From Octopus vulgaris (lineage: Eukaryota), in contig OX597825.1 of assembly GCA_951406725.2 (NCBI GenBank), positions 58,466,001-58,530,000 of the forward strand: a stretch of DNA of 64,000 nucleotides. The letters run 5' to 3'. Positions 1 through 13,376 of this stretch are shown in pieces (within the stretch, counting starts at the first letter, position 1; every line of letters starts with the position of its first letter). Under the pieces are notes generated by a model. The model was given only the letters and a program-made list of their open reading frames with translations. It searched no databases and had not been told where the DNA came from. The position numbers and the translations under genes were made by a program.

Positions 1-60
1 AAATTATCGCCTGGTTTTGCTCCAATCACATAAGATGAACTCCAGTACTGACTGTTTGAG

Positions 61-120
<60 letters not shown>

Positions 121-820
121 ATTGAATGGGGAACTGATCTGCTAGACTAGTTCAGGACAGATGAAAAACCAATGCATGGCTTAACAATACGCATGGATTA
201 TGGAAACTATAAATTAGTTCGAGCAATACTGAGAGAAGGAAGAAGAATTCTTATAGACAATGACTTGTGTTCAAAATCGATAACATTGTCCGATTTTTTT
301 TATTCTTAAGAAAAATTCTTTGGAATTAAATAGTCACAATTTCTTGTTAGTTTTCATTGTGAAGAAAGCAAGGAGAGGTCAAAGAAATGGAATATATTAT
401 ACCAAGATAATGTCATTAACACTCATATTTTATTATAGAAAAAGAAATTTTAATACATATTATCTTTATTACATTGAGCAGTAAATTTCTCCAAATAATA
501 CCATATTCATATGTTGCATCAGTTATGGAATTGAATGCATATGATATTGGAATATTTTTGTTGATAGTATGTAAACTGAATTGCAAACACACTCACACAC
601 ACATGTTACTGTAATTCAGTTCATGCGTACAGAGTACATTTGTGGAAGGTCACTGGTCCCGTAATATCTGAAGATCTACTCTCACAAGACTTGTCTTGTT
701 GAGTCACTGTTTTAATAAATACATTTGCCCTAATTGAGTGCTTTGGCCTTAAACTTTGGTTCTCCCTGGCTTTTGAAGTAAGAACATACAATTACCCCTC
801 ACACACAAACACACAAAGAC

Positions 821-910
<90 letters not shown>

Positions 911-1021
911 CATTTAACGTCAGATGATAGACAGATACGCACACACACATATATTTATACATATAGATGTGCATGTATACAAACACATGAGTGTGTGTGT
1001 ATACATACATACATACATACT

Positions 1022-1339
1022 AGTGCCACATAAAAAGCATTCATGTCAGTGCTGTGTAAAAGCACCCAGTGCACTCTGTAAAGTGGTTGGTGTTAGGAAG
1101 GGCATCCAGCTGTAGAAACCATGCCAAAACAAACACGGAGCCTGAATAGTCCTTCAGCTGGTCAGCTCCTATCAAACCATCTAACCCATACCAGCATGGA
1201 AAATGGATGTTAAGTGATGATGATGATATATATATATATAACACTGCCAGATCAGACTGGGCCTGAAGCAGCCTTCTGGCTTCACAGACCCCAGTTGAAC
1301 CATCCAACCCATGCTAGCATGGAAAGCGGACGTTAAATG

Positions 1340-1370
<31 letters not shown>
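1022..1370 (+). mobile_element. Two tandem 3' ends of an RTE-associated retroposon family ending in (GAT)n
   Basis: GTGGTTGG..TTAGGAAGGGCATCCAGCTGTAGAAAC...CCAACCCATGCTAGCATGGAAAGCGGACGTTAAA+(GAT)n. The same module recurs at 21.4, 25.8, 27.2, 32.6(-), 58.5(-) and 63.9 kb. Confidence 0.75.
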
Positions 1371-1371
<1 letters not shown>

Positions 1372-2674
1372 ATATATATATATATATAAAATGTCTATCT
1401 GCAACATGGGAAAGTGGAGTTGTTGATAGGAATATAAGCAAAAGTTAGTGCATGACATGTGTATTTTGTTCAGTAGCAATGATACTGGGTACCTATTCTC
1501 CACAGGCTATCATAATACATATATTCTCTCCACAGACTATTAGAAGAAATAAGGTGTGGTAGGGCAACAAACAGCAATTAAATGGCGCCTCAGGGTTTCC
1601 TCTCAGATTTACGAGTATCATTAATTTACCTTGTTTAAACATTGTATACTAAATTTACATTTCTGAATGTACGTCTTGTTGTTCTCAAACACAAACACGT
1701 TAATTACGTTTTCTAGTTTCAACTATTTCATGTTCAGTTCTGTTTCAAAGTTTATTTTTGCGTTTCACTTTCTCTTCTTATTTTTGTTTCCTTTTGGCTT
1801 TTGGAAATGTTAATACTTTATGTAATTTGTGTCAGTTTTATTCGACATCTGGTACTGTAATCCTGGCAGCTCAATAGGTCTGAGGTATTTCAGAATTATC
1901 TAGTAAAAGAAATGGAAAACTAAATAAAACTAAAGAAAGACGAATAAAACGATGGCTGCCATCTTTATTTTATTTTATTTCTATTAACATGAGTATGATA
2001 TACAATTGTAACTATTTCATTTTATAGACACAGGACAGAGCAAGCAGTAAAAACAAGCTAGCCAATTTAATATTTAGCAAATATATTCAAAGTTGAAATG
2101 TTATCACTAACAGTAAAATTGAGTAAAACCCTTTCGGATATCTTTATTTCTGCCAAGAAACTCTTGTCTGCTACAAGCAATTATATAGACATTTTCCTAC
2201 TGAAACTGTTTCTCCTTTAGGCTTCCTGCATGTCATTTCAAATTAGATTATACCAGTATGATTCCTTGAATTGAAGAAAATTTCATTATCGTTTCGTATG
2301 AGCTCAAACAGGTCTTATCTTGCGAAAGGAAATTAAGTTTCCTGCAGAATCTTATCTCCATGCAAATTTCAATGTTTATTTTGGCAGTAAAATTCTTCAC
2401 AATTTTTATGTCTTTTATTAAAATAGGTTCTTTGTTATGGTGAACAGATATGTTTATATCATGATAGTGTAATGAAGAGAATTGGTTGCCTCACCTCTCA
2501 TTATCAGCAGTAGCCATTTAAATTTATGAGGTTGTGGCCAGTAGAAGTTTTGAACTTCATGCTTTTCCCACTGATATTATGATGAAATCTACCTCAAACT
2601 TACTGGTTTCGTGAGGCTGGAGACAATCCAGATTTTCAAGATTGACGGTACAAAACTTCCCCTGAATGAGAAGC

Positions 2675-2900
2675 CATCGAAGGAGAGGGGCTTTCTCCGT
2701 CCGGTTTGTGGATCTGTGGAATAAGCTGCCGGACGAGATAGTGAAGATGCCGATGACTGCTCAGTTCAAAGTCTCTCTTGACCAGAAATGACCTGAACTC
2801 TTTGCATGAACACTCCTGTACATAACTCCATGTCCCCCTACATGGCCTTGCTTTTTGCTTTTTGAGCTAAAAAATTTACTTAACTTATTAACTTAACTTA
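2675..2900 (+). mobile_element. CR1-clade LINE 3' end (ORF2 C-terminus, 3' UTR, (TTAAC)n-like tail)
   Basis: Translates as HRRRGAFSVRFVDLWNKLPDEIVKMPMTAQFKVSLDQK*, matching the CR1 motif FSxRxxxxWNxLPxxxV...FKxxLD. Tail reads TTACTTAACTTATTAACTTAACTTA. Confidence 0.8.
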
Positions 2901-3720
2901 ATTCTTTGTAGGGTTAACTCTCAGGTGCCACTTGTACTCGCTTTAAACCGATTGTACTGGGCCTGTGTAAAATAAAGTGCCTTGCTCAAAGAACCATTGC
3001 ATCGGCTAGCTGAGAATTGAATTCATGTCCTAACGACTGTGAGTCCAACACTTTAACCACTCATCCACACACCACCATGCTAATAATATACTAAAGTGAA
3101 ACACATCGCAGAACTACATATTCCATCAGACAAAAATTATTTTGTGCAGTGCAGAACAAAAAGTAAAGCAAGAAACAGAAAGGTAAAAAAGGTAAAGAAA
3201 AAAAGAAAGGAAAAGACAAATTGTACTGAATAAAGAAATCATTTTAACATTTGAATCAATCTTGTTTTTATGCCAGTTTTGCTGCTGCTGCTTCTTCTTC
3301 TTCTTCTATAAGAAAACCTCTCCCTTGTTCTGTAGCAGCCATGCATGAAGCCACTCCAAAATCTACACGTTACATAAATGCAAGGGGGTAGGAGGGAGAT
3401 GTGGAGCTGGAGCAAGGTTAACAAGTTTTGGGTGAGAGAGAAATAGTTGAATCAGACTAAACAATTAAGAATGGGTCAGTGATTCTAGAGTAAAGTTTGT
3501 GAGTTTGGAGAAGTTCTTACGTTGGAAAAAGAAGAAGAATCTGAAGTTTTGGGGTTGTTCTTTTTGTCTGAAGAAGAGAGAGAAAGTCATTTTTTCCTCT
3601 TAATTTTCTTTCCTCTTTCTATCATACAAAAGGACAGTCATGGAATGTCATAGTCTTTTTCTACTCACGGCAATTTTTGTCTACACAGTTTCCTAAGATT
3701 CTGTCTTTTTTTTTTTGTTG

Positions 3721-4010
3721 ATAGGTTCTGGGTTCAGTCCCACTACATGTCTTCTACTATAGCCCCAAGGTGACCAAGGCCTTGTGAGTGAATTTGGTTG
3801 ACAGAAACTGAAAGAAGCCCATTGTGTATATACATCCATACGTGTGTGTGTGTGTCTTTGTGTTTGTCCCCCACCACTGCTTGACAACCAGTGTTGGGTT
3901 GTTTACATCCCAGTAACTTAGTAGTTTGGCAAAAGACTTTCAATAAACACCAGGCTTTTGAAAATAAGTCCTCAGGTTAATCTATTCACCTAAGACCCTT
4001 CAAAGGGCAG
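3721..4010 (+). mobile_element. Degenerate copy of microsatellite-containing tRNA SINE (family A)
   Basis: GGGTTCAGTCCCACT...CCTTGTGAGTGAATTTGG...GAAAGAAGCCC+(TG)n+GTTTGTCCCC...TAACTTAG. Confidence 0.75.
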
Positions 4011-4149
4011 TGAGGTTAAAAGGCTTTCTTTTCAAAAATATGGTTCTGTGTTTTGCTACACTGCACAAGACATTGAACTGGGGTCTTCTAATGTAGCCCT
4101 AGGCTTATCAGTAAATACCTTGTGAATGACATTTGGTAGAGAGAAAACA

Positions 4150-5200
4150 ATATCTGTGCCAACTGTAAATGTAGACTATGTCATATTTTTGTGGAAGACA
4201 TCACATGTGATTAGCAGCAACCCAAAAATGTCATCAAAGTACTACCTTCCTATGTGACATGATGTTGTTGCAAAAACAATGTACAATGCTATTTAGAAAA
4301 AAGACTGTCCTGGAATAAATACAGAGAAACCTGTTATTGAACACATACACAAATACCAGCACAATGAATGCTGGTGGAACATTCCCATAAAAATATCTGT
4401 CAAGTGTAAACATAAGAGGATGGATATTGTTGCTTGAGACAGACAAGAAAAAGTGTGTACCATCATAGAGGTCAGCTGTCCTGCTGATGTGAACATCTCT
4501 TTGAAAATCAAAGAGAAAGAGGATAACTATTGACAACTGCTTTGAAACCCTCCAGTTTCTGTATGTGGATTACAAATTTACATTTGGAGGAGAAGGAGAC
4601 TCCCTTCAGTCATGAAAGACCATGGGATTGCACCTAGAAAGTTACCCTCCGAGGCACAAGTCTGGGCAAGATTGTTTGTGGAAGGCTAGTAGTAGTCACC
4701 CATGCATACCGGCCTCCTCTCTCCACGCCACCAGTGTTATCCAAGGGAAAGGTAAAGGCTGATACAGCTTGGCACCAGTGATGTTGCAACTCATTTCTAC
4801 AGCTGAGTTACTGGAGCAACGTGAGAAATAAAGTGTTTTGCTCAAGAACACAACACACAGCCTTGTCCAGGAATCAAACTCACAACCTCATGATCGTAAG
4901 CTCGACGCTCTAACCACTGAGCTATGCTCCTTCACACAAATTTACATTTATACCAATAATAATTGGTGCACTTGGTTTTGTAAGTAAATGCCTAACTGTC
5001 AGTCTGGATAAGCTTGGATTTTCAGAAAAAGAAATCAACCAACTGATTTGCCCATTACAAATACAATCAGTAAGTGGAACAGTAGAACTATGCAAGACTT
5101 TTCTCAGGTTTAAAATGTGACATTGTTTACGTTATCTACATTCCAAAGATGGAGCTTCGTATCTTTGTCAGAAACCAGCTCCTTCTTCAGAGGATGAATT
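4150..5200 (+). mobile_element. Decayed 3' part of an RLE-encoding non-LTR retrotransposon (R4/CRE/NeSL-like), split by a SINE
   Basis: Reads KCRLCHIFVED..HVISS..KMSSKYYLPM*HDVVAK (zinc knuckle/RHD), then DIVA..IEVSCPADVNISLKIKEKEDNY (PD-D/ExK-type), then IPIIIGALG..LQIQSVSGTVELCKTFL. Stops and frameshifts are present. Confidence 0.8.
4586..4935 (-). mobile_element. tRNA-derived SINE (family D head) with 14-bp TSD
   Basis: Head GTGAAGGAGCATAGCTCAGTGGTTAGAGC with A and B boxes on the minus strand. TSD ACAAATTTACATTT at 4572-4585 and 4936-4949. Confidence 0.9.
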
Positions 5201-5791
5201 TAAATGATTAAATACAGAAGAGAGAGATATTCATGCATGCACACACATAGTGTCATATAATATTTTATGCAAATATATTCCATATGTCTTTAATAAATGT
5301 GCAGGTATGGCTGTGGGGTTAAGAAGCTTGTTTCCCAACTATGTGGTCTTGAGTTCAGCCCCACTGTGCAGCAGATGTCTTCTATAACCCTGGGCTAGCC
5401 AAAGCCTTGTGAGTGGATTTAGAAGATGAAAACTGACGCTCGTTGTGTATGTGTGTGTGTATTCATAGCCTGACCTCACATGATGACTGCAAACAAGCAT
5501 CTTCCTCATGCAAATGATGTCATTTCTAATTGTCAGTGAAAAGCACATATGGAAAATATGACCTTACTTGGAAACAGGTGAGCATTACCAACCTGAAGAG
5601 CATCCAGCTATAAAAAATCTACCTCAACAAATTCTGTCTGACCCCATGCTAGCATGAAAAACTGGACATTAAATGACGATAATAATGACATCTTTGATTG
5701 TTTATTCCTCTTGGCTGTAATGAATGTACAGTACAATATACTTTGATTAATATGTGTCTGTGTGTATTATGTATGCAATATTATAAATTTA

Positions 5792-5990
5792 AGGAAGGTG
5801 GTGAGCTGGCAAAATAGTTAGCAACATTTTGTTTGTCTGTAAATTCTGAGTTCAAATTCTGCTGAGGTCCACTTTGCCTTTTGTCCTTTCAGGGTCGATA
5901 AAATAAGTATCAGTTGAACACTGGGGTCGATGTAATCAATCTGTCCCCTTCCCCCAAAATTACTGACCTCATTGCCAAAATTTGAAATGA
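5792..5990 (+). mobile_element. SINE family B (Nin/Deu-domain-like)
   Basis: AAGG.GGTGAGCTGGCA...TTCTGAGTTCAAATTC...CTTTGCCTTT..TCCTTTCAGGGTCGATAAAATAAGTA; many copies occur in the window. Confidence 0.75.
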
Positions 5991-6445
5991 ATATCATAAA
6001 TTTAGTTTCATAACAGTCAATCCATGTTCTCAAAAACTTTTGTCTATTAAAAACCTTTCATAGAGGAGAAGAATAATTATCAAGTCATCAAACATGGCTG
6101 ATCAGAAAAGTATAGCTTGGGCTCTCTTGTATTGGATGTCTGAAAATACCAGATCCAATTTATGAGTTTTAAACATTTTGTAGTAAAAAATAAAAATAAA
6201 AAAAACAAAAAATAAACACGAATGAAATCTAAGGATGAAAAACACAATAAAAAAAAAAGAAACAAAAGAAACAAGATTGGCCATTAACAAGTTGTCCCAT
6301 CAAAATTAAGTCTTTTATATTGGTCCTTTTAGTCCTTGTTTTGCATGTTAGCACTCAAATGGCAACAATCCAACTCAAGATTTTCTATAAATGTGATAGA
6401 GGAAGAGTGAGGAAGTAAAGGTACAGGAGTTGAGATAAAGGTTGA

Positions 6446-6446
<1 letters not shown>

Positions 6447-6505
<59 letters not shown>

Positions 6506-7090
6506 AATATAGATGGTGGGGGAAGGAGTTGGAGGATTTTAAAAAAGGATGGGTAGGCATATATATGATTTACAGTGCTGGATTGAATGTCTTGCTATAA
6601 TTGTTATCTATGTTCTGAATTAAATTCTGCCAAAGCCAGCTTTGCTTTTCATGTTTTCCAGAATCAATGAAATTAAATGCTGCTCCATTGTGGTGGATTG
6701 ACAGAATATTAAAGCATGAGATCATTTGGGGTCTCTGTTTCCATTCTGTGCATTGGTGGTGTGTGGTGTAGTGGTGTGATGGTGTTGGGAGGTGGGGTAT
6801 GTGGGAGTAGGTGTAAGGGATGTGGTGGGGTGAGGTTGGAATGTGTAGAGGTGGGGTTGGGTTACAAGAGAGGGGTGACGATGAAGGGCAGAAAGGAGAA
6901 GGTGGTTAGGAGTGAAGAGAAGAGAGAAGGAGAGTAGGAGTGAAGAGAAGAAGTAGGAGTTGGAGCAAGTGAGGAGAGGTGGGTGGGAGAAAGTAGGTGT
7001 GAGGGGGAGAGACATTAGGAGAGGAAGTTAGATGAAGAGGGAAGGAGAGTTGAGCCCATGTGGCACAAAGGAGCAAAGAGAGAAGATTAG
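6447..7090 (+). repeat. (GA)n microsatellite and purine/G-rich low-complexity tract
   Basis: (GA)n at about 6450-6503; strongly G/A-skewed sequence at 6750-7090. Confidence 0.85.
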
Positions 7091-7310
7091 GATGATGGTA
7101 CTGGAAAAGTACCAGCTTTGCTAGAGATAAGAGTCAAATGAACTCTAAAGCCACAGAAAGCTCACTTAAAAACAAGCATGGTGAGATTGGGCAGTGAATA
7201 AAAATTTAAGCTCTGAATTTCTTTTAAAACTTGCCTACACGGCTTATGGTTTGAATTGCCACTAATATTAATATCTAGTAAAAATATGTTTGTATATTTA
7301 TATATATGTA

Positions 7311-7689
7311 CACTTGCGTCAGAAATTAATTAGCACTTCTCAAATTTCTACATTAAATAGGTTAAATCAATTAACCTATGAGCTGTTCAAAACGTCTTAC
7401 GCGATGAGAAAACTTAGTATGGTGTGATTTCGGTCCTTGCGAGCGCTACCTATATCTATTAAACAAAGGAAGATTTGTCTGCATCCGCACTCCAAGTTGT
7501 TGTTGCACTGCTATGTCAACATCATAAGGCTGTAGACTCTCAAACTGCTCTGCAAACAAAGTTACGTCATCGTTCTGCGCAACAGTGAACTCGCAACAAA
7601 GCAATAGTTCGAGATATGGCCACTAGGTGACAGCACATACCTTGAGTGAAGAGCAAATCAAGGGTGCTAATTAATTTCTGACGGTAGTG
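7311..7689. mobile_element. Tc1/mariner-type MITE (379 bp)
   Basis: TIRs CACTTGCGTCAGAAATTAATTAGCAC / GTGCTAATTAATTTCTGACGGTAGTG, flanked by TA on both sides. Confidence 0.85.
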
Positions 7690-7697
7690 TATGTAAT

Positions 7698-7992
7698 GTG
7701 AGGGTACATGGGCTACTGATTAGGGTGCTGCACTCATGATTGCGAGATCATAGTTTCAATTCTTTGACCACACGATACGTCGTTGTATTCTTGAGAAAAA
7801 CACTCTATCTCATGTTGCTCTGCAATCACTTTGGCACCTGATGTGTAGAACATCATGCACCTGTTCAAGCAATGTAGATTTATGGAGGGATTGAGCTAAT
7901 GTACAGTGCATACATTAGATCACTATAAGCAGATCATTTGTGCAGGTCATTCAGCAAAAGATGGACTCATATGTTGTCTTTGACTGGACTGT

Positions 7993-7996
<4 letters not shown>
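7698..7996 (+). mobile_element. tRNA-derived SINE (family D head; tail shared with 43083-43372)
   Basis: tRNA-like head, then TTCTTGAGAAAAACACT..ATCTCATGTTGCTC; the reverse complement matches the copy at 43.1-43.4 kb. Confidence 0.7.
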
Positions 7997-8033
<37 letters not shown>

Positions 8034-8037
<4 letters not shown>

Positions 8038-8141
8038 CCACTGCGTGGCACCTTGGGCAAGTGTTCTTCTACTACAGCCTTGGATCGACCAAAGCCTTGT
8101 GAGTGGATTTGGTAGATGGAAACTGAAAGAAGCCCGTCGTA

Positions 8142-8184
<43 letters not shown>

Positions 8185-8390
8185 GTTCTGTGTCTGTGTT
8201 TGTTCCCCCACCATCGCTTGACAACCGATGCTGGTGTGTTTACGTCCCCGTAACTTAGCGGTTCAGCAAAAACAGACCAATAGAGTAAGTACTAGGCTTA
8301 CAAAGAATAAGTCCTGGGGTCGATTTGCTCGACTAAAGGTGGTGCTCCAGCATGGCCCCATTCAAATTACTGAAACAAGTAAAAGAGTAA
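8034..8390 (+). mobile_element. SINE family A (5'-truncated), CORE-like TGGCACCTTGGGCAAGTG with internal (TA)n
   Basis: Near-identical to the copies at 21584, 24178, 36414 and 43385. Confidence 0.9.
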
Positions 8391-8821
8391 TATATATATA
8401 TATATATATATATAGGAATATGAGTGTATGTGTATATTAATATATATTTTTATGTCACTTTATATATAAAAACAATATAACATTAATCTGAAGGTTTACA
8501 TAACTCTTTTAACAAAGTACATATCTATTAACTTTTATAAGGAAACGGTTGACAGTTAACCTTTTCCTTGTAAAAGTTGATATATATGTATATGTAAATT
8601 TATGTATGAATGCATGTGTGTGTGTGTGTATATAGATATCTTTTATCTTTTATTTTTTCACTTATTTGACTGTGGCCATGCTGGGCACTGCCTGTATGTA
8701 TGTATATATGTATGCACACACACACATATATATGTATATATATGTATGTATGTATATATATATATGTATGTGTATATATGTGTGTGTGTATAGACCTAAG
8801 AAGCATCAGATATATATATAT

Positions 8822-9129
8822 ATCACCGTGATCACCATGACTGACCAGGCTATCAGATGTTGCTACACATCGCTGGTCACAATGCGCTTCGCATTGTTTT
8901 AGCCTTCAAATGACGCCACCCCGCTGGCTAAGCAAGCAGGCCAACAGAAGAAAGAGTTAGAGAAAGTTGTGGCAAAAGAGTACGGCAGGGATCACCACCA
9001 CCCCTTGCCGGAGCCTCATGGGGCTTTAGGTGTTTTCGCTCAATAAACAATCACAAGGCCCGGTCTTGGAATCGAAACCATGATATTACAACCGTGAGTC
9101 CGCTGCCCTAACCACTGGGCCATTGCACC

Positions 9130-9132
<3 letters not shown>
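8822..9132 (-). mobile_element. tRNA-derived SINE family C, tail variant 1
   Basis: Head GGTGCAATGGCCCAGTGGTTAGGGCAGCGGACTC..GGTTTCGATTCC on the minus strand. Confidence 0.85.
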
Positions 9133-9174
<42 letters not shown>

Positions 9175-9177
9175 ATG

Positions 9178-9208
<31 letters not shown>

Positions 9209-10092
9209 ATATATGTGTGTGTGTGTGTATATATATGTGTGTGTGTGTGTGTATATATATGTATATATATATGTGTATATGTATATATATATGTGTATAT
9301 ATATGTGTATATATATGTATATATATACATATATATACATGTGTGTATATATATATATATGTAGATATATATGATTGACTAAACACTTCAAAGTAATGCC
9401 TCAGCATGGCCATGGTCTAGAGTCAGAAAGAAGTTAAAAAATAAGAGAATAAGAGAATACATTATTAATAAATATGATTTTTAATTAGATCTAAATTAAG
9501 TACTTCTTTTGTTTATTATGTAATATAATGAAATCTATCAGCTCGTTATGAACAACATTCGTTCCATCACATGACCTTGACACCTCCCACTTTTCAACAA
9601 ACAACGTCACATTCCACTGACCACCATCTTCATGTGACATGGAACTGTCTAGAAGAAGCAAACCTAGGCTCTTCAGCACCATCTTTATCAACATGTTAAT
9701 TAAAAGGAAAAGCAAGAAATCCCCCTCTCTCCTCCTCCTCCTCCTCCTCCGTTTCTTCATTGCCATCATTCTTCATTTCTCTTGTATTATTCTTCCTTTT
9801 CCAAATCGTCTTCATATTCAATGTCACCACCACTGCCGCTGTCATTATTGTCATCATCACTGCCAACACCACCACCACCACAACCACCATTATCATCACC
9901 ATCATCATCACGACAAACAGTAGCAGCATTAGTATTCACTCTAATTGCTTTGACTTAACCTTCTGAACGCTTTAATAAAATCTCATAATAAACATGATTC
10001 CTATGTATATATGAACATTTGTGTGTGTATATATGAAGTTACAATAATTACTATGTAAATTCTACATAAGCACTACTTCACTGTTATATCAC

Positions 10093-10502
10093 TTATTTAC
10101 TTGGTTTCAGTTATTGGACTGTGGCCATGCTGGGGCCCTGCCTTGAGTGGGTGTTTAATTAAACAGCTCAACTCCAATACTTAATTGCATAAAGTCTGGT
10201 ACTTACTCTATTGATTTCTTTTGCTGAATTGCTAAGTTACGGCAATATAAAGAGACCAACACTGGTCAGGTGGTGGTGGTGGTGGTGGTGGTGGTGGTAG
10301 TGGTGGGAGGTATGCAAACATAAACACAAAACCACGCACACATAAACTTGTGTATGTACACGCATGGACTTCTTTCAGTTTGTCTCAAATCTACTCACAA
10401 GGCTTAAGTCAGGGCCTTGGGCTATAGTAGCAGACACCTATCTAAAGTGCCATACATGGTTGGGAAGCAATTTTCTTAACCTCACAGCCACAGCCACACC
10501 TG
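10093..10502 (-). mobile_element. Older, diverged SINE family A copy
   Basis: Same two-part layout with an internal microsatellite. Confidence 0.7.
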
Positions 10503-11235
10503 TCATATGTGTGTAATATATAAAGATTGACATTTTTGTAGGCTTAGTTTGACTGAATGGTTAAGAAATTCACTTTGCAACTGTGAAGTTTCTAGTTCAA
10601 TCCCACTGCTTGGCATCTTGAGCAAATAACATTTTCTATATCCTTGGTTTAACTCATACCTTGTTAGTGAAACTGTGTAGACAGAAACTGTATCGAATCT
10701 TGTTAGATGGATTGTTCCTGTAATTCAAGTGGTACAGTCTTGTCATCATAATACGCCATGTTGATTCTGCATGTGAAAAGTACATGTGTCTGTGGAATAC
10801 TAAAATACATACATATTAATTCAATGAGCATGGAATTCATTTGATTGAACCACTGAATCTCTGCCCTCTGAGCTCAAATCCTGCTGAGGTTAGCTTTGCC
10901 TTTCGTCCTTTAGGCTTCGATAAATAAACAGAAGGAAAAAAATAAGTACAAATTCAGGGTGATGGTTTGGTGAAAGTACTGGAACTTCATACAAGATGTC
11001 TTGCAGTATCTGTTCCAGGTCATCATGTTCTAGCAGTGAAACCTGCAAGAGCACTGGCACCAGACTTTATCGGTCTTTCCTAGAACATTGTGGGCATGAA
11101 CAAAAGAGATCTGCATTGCTTGGGTAATTCCCAGTCTACCAAACACCATACAAATAAATAAAAATAAAGAAAAGGTCCAGACCTTGTCCTAAACCTACAA
11201 ACAAATATGGTCAATTCTGGCCTTATTCTCTAGCT

Positions 11236-11541
11236 CAGTGGTTCTCAACTGGGTTCATGCAACAAAATACTAAATTGGGGATCACAATAGTATTTTAAAG
11301 GCCCTTGAAAAAATTTTGCTTTAAATGTATGTATTGGTATGTATTGCAAGAAGCATACGTTTCTTTCTGTAAAGTTTTATGTAATCCACTCTACACAAGT
11401 TAATGCGTGGAAAACAAAATTGGAATTTTGAAAGAAGTTTCTATAAAACTAGTTTTTAAACATCAAACTGTTATGGAGCTCCAGTAGAATAAAATAGCAA
11501 TCAAAGGCGGTCCATAGATAAAAAATGGTTGAGAACCCTTG
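11236..11541. mobile_element. hAT-Charlie-type MITE
   Basis: TIRs CAGTGGTTCTCAAC / GTTGAGAACCCTTG; 8-bp TSD CTCTAGCT / TACTAGCT (6 of 8 match). Confidence 0.85.
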
Positions 11542-11789
11542 TACTAGCTCATAGATTAAAACAATGACAGCAGATCTGTAATCAGAAGTATTTCTGCCAT
11601 GACCAACCATTTCCTATCCATTTCCTATCCAAGACTGTCCATTGTGTGCTTCCTCTGTGTTTTAAAAAAAAAATTTTTTTGAAGCAGAATGTAATTTGAG
11701 GGAGATTTTCGATGCTATTTCTTGCAAGTTGAGTGACTGAGTAGGTGTGCTCTCCTTCGCTTTTCAAATCTTGTGACTAGATAGCACTA

Positions 11790-12510
11790 GTGTTGGTGGT
11801 GGTGGTGGTAGTGATGGTGCTTCTGGAAGTAGTGGAGGTGGCAGTGCTGGTGTGTTGTTAGTGGTGATGGTAATGGTAATAGTGTTAGTGTTGGTGATTG
11901 TCATGGCAGGAGTGGTAACTGTAGGCATGCAGATGTGGTGTTTGTGGTCGCTGTGATGTAATGTCTTAGTGGTTAATGGCATTTGTTGTAGTAGTGATGG
12001 TGGCAGCACTGATAGAACCATGTGTTATTGGTAGTGATAGCAGGCACTGTAAGAGCAGCAGTGGTGGTAGTAGTAGTAGCAGTAGTAGTGGTAGTAGTAG
12101 TAGTAGTAGTAGTAACAGAAGCAGCTGCTGCAAAGACTGTCTTATGGTTGTGATGGTTGGTTTGTTGAAGTGGTGCTGGTGGTGATGATGATGGTGGTGA
12201 TAGTGGTGTTGATGGTGGTGGTGGTGGGTATGATGATGGAGTTGTGGTGGTGGCAGTTGTGGAGTAGTAGTGATTTTGTGGTTGTGTTGGGGTTGATGGT
12301 AGTGATGGTTGTGGCGTGGAAGTGGTGGTGGTAATGTCATTGTAATCGTGGTAGTGTGGTGGTTGTAGAGGTGGTGGCTGTCATAGTAGTGATGGTAGTG
12401 GTGATGATGGTAACACTAGTTGTAGTTGTGGTGGTGGTGGTTGCAGATGGTGGCTGTGTTAGTGATAACAGTAGTTTATGGTGGTGGTGGTGGTAGTGGT
12501 AGTGGTGATA
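11790..12510. repeat. Compound (GGT/AGT/GAT)n low-complexity tract
   Basis: Degenerate trinucleotide runs; similar tracts at 9720-9925, 31110-31560 and 44630-45170. Confidence 0.85.
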
Positions 12511-13376
12511 TCAGAAAAACAATGAAGATAAACATGGCAAGAACTAAGAGCCACAGATTAATTATATGAAACAGATCTATCATCTAAACTCTCGAGTGGT
12601 TTACCTTTCATGTTTACAAACACATGCAGAGGAGTGCATGTGCGCAATACACACTCACATACACAAATCTATGTACACAACACACACGCATGTGCATACA
12701 CACATACACACACACCACTACAAAAGACCTTTTGTATAATACTTCAGCTATTGGCTTCTTTTTAAATTCTGTATCATACTTACACACTCGCACACTTATA
12801 AATATATGCATACACACCTACCTACATACCCACCCATCTATCTATCTATCTATCTATCTATCTATATATTTATGTTTTCTCTTTCTCTCTTTAATTTAGG
12901 GAAAATTTTGATTGGCCACCTACCTGGTAGCAAAGGTTGTGAAGGATAGCATCTTAATTTAGCCTTCATCCTTTAAATCATAAGAAGTCTTGTAGGTTTT
13001 TATATCCCAGATATTGCGATCATTTGTAGCATATGAATTAAGTATCCATTTGTAGCATATGAATTAAGTATCTTCCCAAGATTCCAAGTTCAGCCATACT
13101 TTGCTCCAGAGGGGCTGGTGTGTGTTTGTGTGAGTGTATGTATGTATATATGTATGTATGTAGCAACTAGCTATCTGTCTGTCTGTCTGCCTGCCTATTT
13201 GTCTATCATCTTGCAATCTATCCACCTGCATTCATACATATAGGTACACCTACAAACACACACATCCATATATATCTTACTGATGTCATAAGAATTTAAA
13301 AACTCTGAGATCATGAAACAATTCTATTTAGGAACTTAGGAACAGTGAATCTTGAGGCAAATAAAGCTATAAATAA

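Noticed and set aside
150-225. HHR-like CAGATGA...GAAAC-TATAAATTA-GTT
   Set aside because: Core mismatch and no stem I pairing.
1545-2520. SINE-free unique block with an acceptor-like TTTCTCCTTTAG at 2220
   Set aside because: No sustained ORF, TIR pair or other diagnostic feature; unclassifiable without a search.
6780-6830. G-quadruplex-like G-tracts
   Set aside because: Expected within a G-rich low-complexity tract; no functional context.
9541-9699. Open frame ARYEQHSFHHMTLTPP...STC* after CAG, a possible terminal exon
   Set aside because: Weak polypyrimidine tract, no recognisable domain and no partner exons.
13021-13072. 26-bp perfect tandem duplication
   Set aside because: Ordinary slippage or repair duplication.
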